Below the pieces are notes generated by a model. The model was not told the origin of the DNA. It made no database searches and worked only from the letters and a program-made list of their open reading frames with translations. 47,191 nucleotides of DNA. It comes from Bacteriovoracaceae bacterium (GTDB lineage: Bacteria > Bdellovibrionota > Bacteriovoracia > Bacteriovoracales > Bacteriovoracaceae). The translations under genes were made by a program, and so were the position numbers. Shown piece by piece: positions 43,077 to 47,191 of this stretch (position 1 is its first letter; every line of letters begins with the position of its first letter). Location of the stretch: contig JAHDHG010000001.1 in NCBI GenBank assembly GCA_020631435.1, positions 1 through 47,191 on the forward strand. The letters are read 5' to 3'.

Positions 43077-43463
43077 ATGAAAACTTTACTCGCTTTTCTT
43101 TTTCTTTTTTCACAAGGCTTATTTTCTGAAAGTTACTCAGAGAAAAGAAGAGATGTTCTGGATAAATACCGAGAAGCTCGAGTTGATTTAAGAAAAACAT
43201 CTGCTGATAATAGAAAAGAATATAGAAATAAAGTTATAAAACTTCATAATAAAAGAAATAATGATCTAAGAGCACTCAAGAATGAGCGATTTGGCAAAAA
43301 AAGAGAGATCCTCTCTGAAAGACAAGAGAGAAAACAAGCTTCCTTGGAAAAGTTAGACAAAAATCATGAAGATTTACAATCTGGTAAAATAAATAAACAA
43401 GAGTTTAGAAAAAAAAGAAGAGAGATTCTAAAAGAAGTAAGAACAGATAAGTCAGAGTTTTAG
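43077..43463 (+). CDS. Small basic, helical periplasmic protein (128 aa)
   Basis: Signal peptide MKTLLAFLFLFSQGLFS. The remainder is R/K/E-rich with predicted helical character. Confidence 0.7.
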   Translation: MKTLLAFLFLFSQGLFSESYSEKRRDVLDKYREARVDLRKTSADNRKEYRNKVIKLHNKRNNDLRALKNERFGKKREILSERQERKQASLEKLDKNHEDLQSGKINKQEFRKKRREILKEVRTDKSEF

Positions 43464-43777
43464 AAATCTATTTTTAAAATTTCAAAGATTCCATAAGCAG
43501 GTTCTTCATAAGGGTGACTTTCTTTCATTGCCTTTAATACCTCTCGAACTTTATCTTTCTCACACACCATCTCAACTTTATATTCTTCTATGAAATTAAG
43601 TGAATCAACATTGCCATACGTTGGATTACTTCCTTGATTCGGGAGATACTGCCCCTCACCTTTAAATTCAAATGAGCAATGAGAATAAGTTCCAATTTCT
43701 CCCCCACCAGCTTCAAACATGGCCTGCTTAACTTTCTCTTTATCTTTTTCCGGAACATAAAAATATATTTGATACAT
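43460..43777 (-). CDS. YqfO-insert/PII-like small protein (COG3323-like, NIF3-associated domain)
   Basis: MYQIYFYVPEKDKEKVKQAMFEAGGGEIG.YSHCSF…GEGQY.P…NP…G…E.K.EMV…V…AMK.SHPYEEPAY matches my memory of this family. I prefer the start at 43777 to 43843, which would overlap queF. Confidence 0.65.
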   Translation of the reverse strand: MYQIYFYVPEKDKEKVKQAMFEAGGGEIGTYSHCSFEFKGEGQYLPNQGSNPTYGNVDSLNFIEEYKVEMVCEKDKVREVLKAMKESHPYEEPAYGIFEILKIDF

Positions 43778-43826
43778 ATGATAATCCTTGGTAAGTTTCT
43801 TCATATTTTGAACAAAAAGGCTTAGC

Positions 43827-44318
43827 ATGACAAAGAAAATCAAGGGTTTGACGCATCTTGGAAATAATACAAAATATGAAACTCAGTATAATCCTAAAAT
43901 TTTAGAAAAATTCGAAAATAAAAATCCTAAAAATGATCAGTGGGTAAGTTTTGTATGCACTGAATTCACATCCTTATGTCCTTTAACTTCTCAACCTGAC
44001 TTCGCAAGAATATTTATTAATTATATTGCTGATAAGCACATGGTCGAATCAAAAGCATTAAAGCTATACCTTTTTAGCTTCAGAAATCATGGAGATTTTC
44101 ATGAAGACTGTGTTCAAAAAATTTGTAACGACTTAGTTAAGTTAATGAAGCCTAAGTTTATAGAAGTCATTGGTGAATTTACACCTCGAGGTGGAATTGC
44201 AATTTATCCTTATTCAAGTGCTCATAATGGGAAAGTTAAGTACAAGAAAATTCATGAAAACAGGCAAATGAATTATAAACCAGGAGCTTATAGTTTTGAG
44301 CTTGGTAGGCCTTACTAA
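43827..44318 (+). CDS. queF: NADPH-dependent 7-cyano-7-deazaguanine (preQ0) reductase, unimodular type
   Basis: [17 protein letters not shown] (catalytic Cys block), [20 protein letters not shown] (QueF motif) and EFTPRGGI. Confidence 0.92.
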   Translation: MTKKIKGLTHLGNNTKYETQYNPKILEKFENKNPKNDQWVSFVCTEFTSLCPLTSQPDFARIFINYIADKHMVESKALKLYLFSFRNHGDFHEDCVQKICNDLVKLMKPKFIEVIGEFTPRGGIAIYPYSSAHNGKVKYKKIHENRQMNYKPGAYSFELGRPY

Positions 44319-45559
44319 TACTTTAAGACAAAGTAATAAACCGTAAAAACACTAAAAAATATTAAACTTGGTATATAAAGAAAATAAATCAAATTATCGT
44401 ATTTGGAGATTCCTTTAATCTTTAAAAATATCTTGAAGTTAAAATAACCAATAATAGGTGTGACAAGAAATGATATTGTCGTTGCAAAATCAACTAATTG
44501 CTTCATATTACTTAAAAATAAGCAAATAATGAGAAAACTTCCAAGTGCTAGAATAACTAAAAATTTTATATAATAATCTTTTTTTGACTCTGTTAAAATT
44601 TGAAAACTTTTTTCAAGCACTCTTGGATAAGCATCTAAACAAGTTAAGCTGGTGCTAATCATAGTTGCTAAGCAAGCAAAAGCAATAATAGGCTTTACCC
44701 AAAATCCTATACTATTAGTAAATAACTCAACAAGCTGAGAAGAGAACATGACTGCAGATGAAGAAAATTCAATGCCTTTTGAATTCATCACCATCGCACC
44801 TAAACTTAAAAAGATTAGAGCAAGAATCATGGTTACACAATAACCAACATGAAAATCTAAGAAAGCTGTTTTAAAGTTTTTCTTTTTTTCATACCATAGT
44901 GACTGCCAAACAGAAGTGTCTACTGGAGCAGGCATCCATCCCACGAGGGCCATAAGAAATAAAATATCTCTTGGGTTTGAAAACGAAAATTCGTTAAATA
45001 TAAAACTGATCTTATTAGAATCAAACTCCTTGAATGTTAAAAAAAATGAAAAGATACATGTAAAAGATAAAAGAATCACAATCCACTTAACAAGTTTATC
45101 TAGTAAATCATATCTTCCAATTATTAAAACTAGAGAGCAAAGAGTCAGGACAATTAAGCTCAGTAATACTATTGAAAGCTCAAATGGAAGAAAAATGGAA
45201 AAGATCCCAGCAGTCACAACAGATATTGCTGCAATAATCACAAACATTGTAAGAACTGTAATGATGTTAAAAAAATAGAAATAACCATCCCCTAAATCTT
45301 TATAGCCAACAAGAAGGTTTGAATTCGTTTTAGAAGGATACCTTACTCCCATTTCTAGAATTGGGAGTTTTAATATATTTGCAAGAATTACTATAGAAAC
45401 TAACTCAAAACTGTAAAGCGCTCCTGCTCTTGTTGATTGAACTAAATGCGATACACCTATTGCTGCACCTGCAAATAATAATCCTGGGCCTAGCTTTTTG
45501 ATAAATCTGATCATATTAATAAAGGATAAACATAAATTTTGCATATGAAAACGAAACAT
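44315..45559 (-). CDS. NRAMP-like divalent metal cation transporter
   Basis: [27 protein letters not shown] is an NRAMP-type N-terminal block, and there are ~11 hydrophobic segments. The true start may be an internal ATG at 45544 or 45514. Confidence 0.75.
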   Translation of the reverse strand: MFRFHMQNLCLSFINMIRFIKKLGPGLLFAGAAIGVSHLVQSTRAGALYSFELVSIVILANILKLPILEMGVRYPSKTNSNLLVGYKDLGDGYFYFFNIITVLTMFVIIAAISVVTAGIFSIFLPFELSIVLLSLIVLTLCSLVLIIGRYDLLDKLVKWIVILLSFTCIFSFFLTFKEFDSNKISFIFNEFSFSNPRDILFLMALVGWMPAPVDTSVWQSLWYEKKKNFKTAFLDFHVGYCVTMILALIFLSLGAMVMNSKGIEFSSSAVMFSSQLVELFTNSIGFWVKPIIAFACLATMISTSLTCLDAYPRVLEKSFQILTESKKDYYIKFLVILALGSFLIICLFLSNMKQLVDFATTISFLVTPIIGYFNFKIFLKIKGISKYDNLIYFLYIPSLIFFSVFTVYYFVLKY

Positions 45560-45605
45560 ATTGAGTTGCCTTTCGTTTTATATTAAGGACATAAAAGGAG
45601 CTCAA

Positions 45606-46145
45606 ATGAAGTGGTTATTTTTAATGATGATAATTTCTATAAACAGTTATCCTCAAAAAATATTTAAGAAAAATTACGATAAAGGCAAAATCAAACTAAA
45701 ATTTATCAGAGCCTATCCAGGAGATGTCAGCGATGAACATTTCAATCTTGTACTTCCGAGTTCAAGAGAGGTAGAAATTGTATGTGAGACAAACTATCAA
45801 CGAATAGATCATGAAGAGAACAAATCTTGGGTAGCTTATTATAATTTTTATAACTATTATCAAATTAGATATTCAATCGATACAAAAAAATGTCAAAGTT
45901 TTGTTCATTATTTACTAAAAGTTTTTCAAGCAGTAGATGAAAAAAATCCCATTTATCTCACCTTTAATCTCGAAACAAAGAAAGTATCTGAAATTTATTA
46001 TCCAGACATAAATCCATACACCTTAACTGGTGAATATGAAGACCTCTTTCCAAAACCTCCAGTAAGATTTAAAATTCCAAAAAAGAATAAAAAAGAAAAA
46101 CTTCCTAAAGAAGAAGATTACCTGCAAATACCTTTATTTCACTAA
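45606..46145 (+). CDS. Hypothetical secreted protein
   Basis: The ATG at 45606 is preceded by AAAGGAG, whereas the track start at 45561 is a TTG without an SD. The N-terminus MKWLFLMMIISINSYPQ is hydrophobic. Confidence 0.75.
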   Translation: MKWLFLMMIISINSYPQKIFKKNYDKGKIKLKFIRAYPGDVSDEHFNLVLPSSREVEIVCETNYQRIDHEENKSWVAYYNFYNYYQIRYSIDTKKCQSFVHYLLKVFQAVDEKNPIYLTFNLETKKVSEIYYPDINPYTLTGEYEDLFPKPPVRFKIPKKNKKEKLPKEEDYLQIPLFH

Positions 46146-46153
46146 GAGGACTT

Positions 46154-47137
46154 ATGAAACAACTTGTAAAAATTGCCTTAATAACATTAATTTCTTGTTC
46201 ATCACTATCAAAAAAAGATTGCATCAATATGAATTGGAAAAACAAAGGTGTTAAGGATGCTCATTCAAAAACATCATGGAAAGAAAATTTAGGTAACTAT
46301 AAAGAGCAATGCTCAGAACATAAGATCAAAGTAAATGAAGCTGCCTATACTTCTGGAATAAAATATGAAGGAGCAAAGATCTGTTCAGATCTTCAATCAT
46401 TTCATATAGATGGATGGCAAGAAGTTGGTAAAAGAGATGCCTTAGAAGGACAAAGTAAAATTGATTATCATAACAAGTGCTTGGAATACGGAGTTATACC
46501 TGTAAATAGTTTGTATGAGACAGGATACAATCGAGGCCTAGAAGTATTTTGCTCCGCCGATAGAGCTTATGAATTTGGTTTATCTGGAGGAGTATATAAT
46601 TATCAATGCCCTAAGCATTTAGAAGCAGAATTTTTGAGACATCATACCGCTGGCATTAAAGTCTTTGAAACTAAAAAACTAGAAAGACGAGTGGTGAATT
46701 TAGAAAATGAAATAGACTCTTTACATGCTACTCATGAAAGAAAAGAGAAAGAGCTTTATGAAACTGAGAGCGACTTAAGAGAACTTGAAATTCATGCTCC
46801 TAGGGAGATTGCGGATATAGAAGCAGAAATTTACTCTGTAAAAAGAAAAATTGATGTATTGAGAAGAGACTACTCCAATTCAAGTATTAAGCCTATTGGC
46901 AGCTCTCAACTTTCCAGCCTAGAGTCTCGTCTAAGAAGTCTTGAATCAGATCTTAGCTCTGAAAAGTCAGCATATCTTAGAGAACGTGAAGATTATTTAA
47001 GAGATATTCAAGACTTAAATGATGATTTAAACGATATTGATCAATCTATTAGAAACGCTAATATTGATTTATCAAACCTAAGAAGAAGATTACATGAATC
47101 TCATATGGATGCGAAAGATCATGAAAGAAATCTATAA
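46154..47137 (+). CDS. Lipoprotein with an N-terminal Cys-repeat domain (DUF2799-like) and a C-terminal coiled coil
   Basis: LITLISCSS lipobox. A C…W…G…DA..G module repeats (NMNWKNKGVKDAHSK; IDGWQEVGKRDALEG; YETGYNRGLEVFC). The last ~150 aa are heptad-like and E/R/L-rich. Confidence 0.75.
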   Translation: MKQLVKIALITLISCSSLSKKDCINMNWKNKGVKDAHSKTSWKENLGNYKEQCSEHKIKVNEAAYTSGIKYEGAKICSDLQSFHIDGWQEVGKRDALEGQSKIDYHNKCLEYGVIPVNSLYETGYNRGLEVFCSADRAYEFGLSGGVYNYQCPKHLEAEFLRHHTAGIKVFETKKLERRVVNLENEIDSLHATHERKEKELYETESDLRELEIHAPREIADIEAEIYSVKRKIDVLRRDYSNSSIKPIGSSQLSSLESRLRSLESDLSSEKSAYLREREDYLRDIQDLNDDLNDIDQSIRNANIDLSNLRRRLHESHMDAKDHERNL

Positions 47138-47191
47138 ATAGCAAGAAAATCTTTTTTCCTGTTGATTTTTTCTTTTATTGCTTCCATTTTT

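Noticed and set aside
18699-45278. Other shadow ORFs (18699-18926, 19336-19548, 22048-22248, 23281-23463, 24370-24654, 24807-25025, 25311-25493, 25552-25746, 26887-27099, 27914-28201, 28630-28881, 29797-30054, 32769-33041, 33705-33896, 34259-34489, 44916-45278)
   Set aside because: Each lies within, and out of frame with or antisense to, a longer ORF that has recognisable family motifs or signal peptides.

Overview
This is an AT-rich (roughly one-third G+C by eye, not computed), densely coding bacterial chromosomal segment. I see no tRNA, CRISPR array, IS element or prophage. All family calls come from motif recognition by eye, since no BLAST or HMM search was possible. The window opens inside a 16S rRNA gene on the minus strand (5' ~427 nt), which carries an unusual AT-rich hairpin insertion in the V2/helix-10 region. 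Upstream of it lie a good sigma70-type promoter and a boxB/boxA-like antitermination leader. Housekeeping genes are ung (split by a frameshift in an A8 run), pheS-pheT, a cmk / heptose-7-P kinase / small ORF operon, eno, queF, plus a CpaF-type ATPase and POT, CDF and NRAMP-like transporters. The rest is dominated by signal-peptide and lipoprotein orphans and secreted peptidases (M14, a metzincin, M15). That content, together with the 16S signature and a gliding-type cluster, suggests a Bdellovibrio-and-like predatory organism (Bacteriovoracaceae/Halobacteriovoraceae-like); this is inference only. Four observations stand out. (1) A ~9.4 kb, nine-gene minus-strand operon (29264-38705) combines a TolQ/ExbB-like channel, two TolR/ExbD-like proteins, a TonB-C-like AgmX/PglI-type protein, two large periplasmic TPR proteins and two small OM beta-barrels. 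This is a compact Agl-Glt-like envelope motor whose channel gene carries a frameshift. (2) A three-gene module (23273-27512) encodes an inner-membrane-anchored OmpA-like peptidoglycan binder with a poly-Thr linker. It is followed by two paralogous single-pass proteins made of ~15-residue tandem repeats and ending in a conserved H3TH/HhH-like domain. (3) An extraordinary secreted protein (13524-14732) has an Arg/Ser/Thr/Pro 12-residue tandem-repeat half, a Tyr/His/Arg-rich middle, a Cys-containing module and an Asp/Tyr acidic tail. (4) Two independent frameshifts (ung and the tolQ-like gene) need read-level verification.
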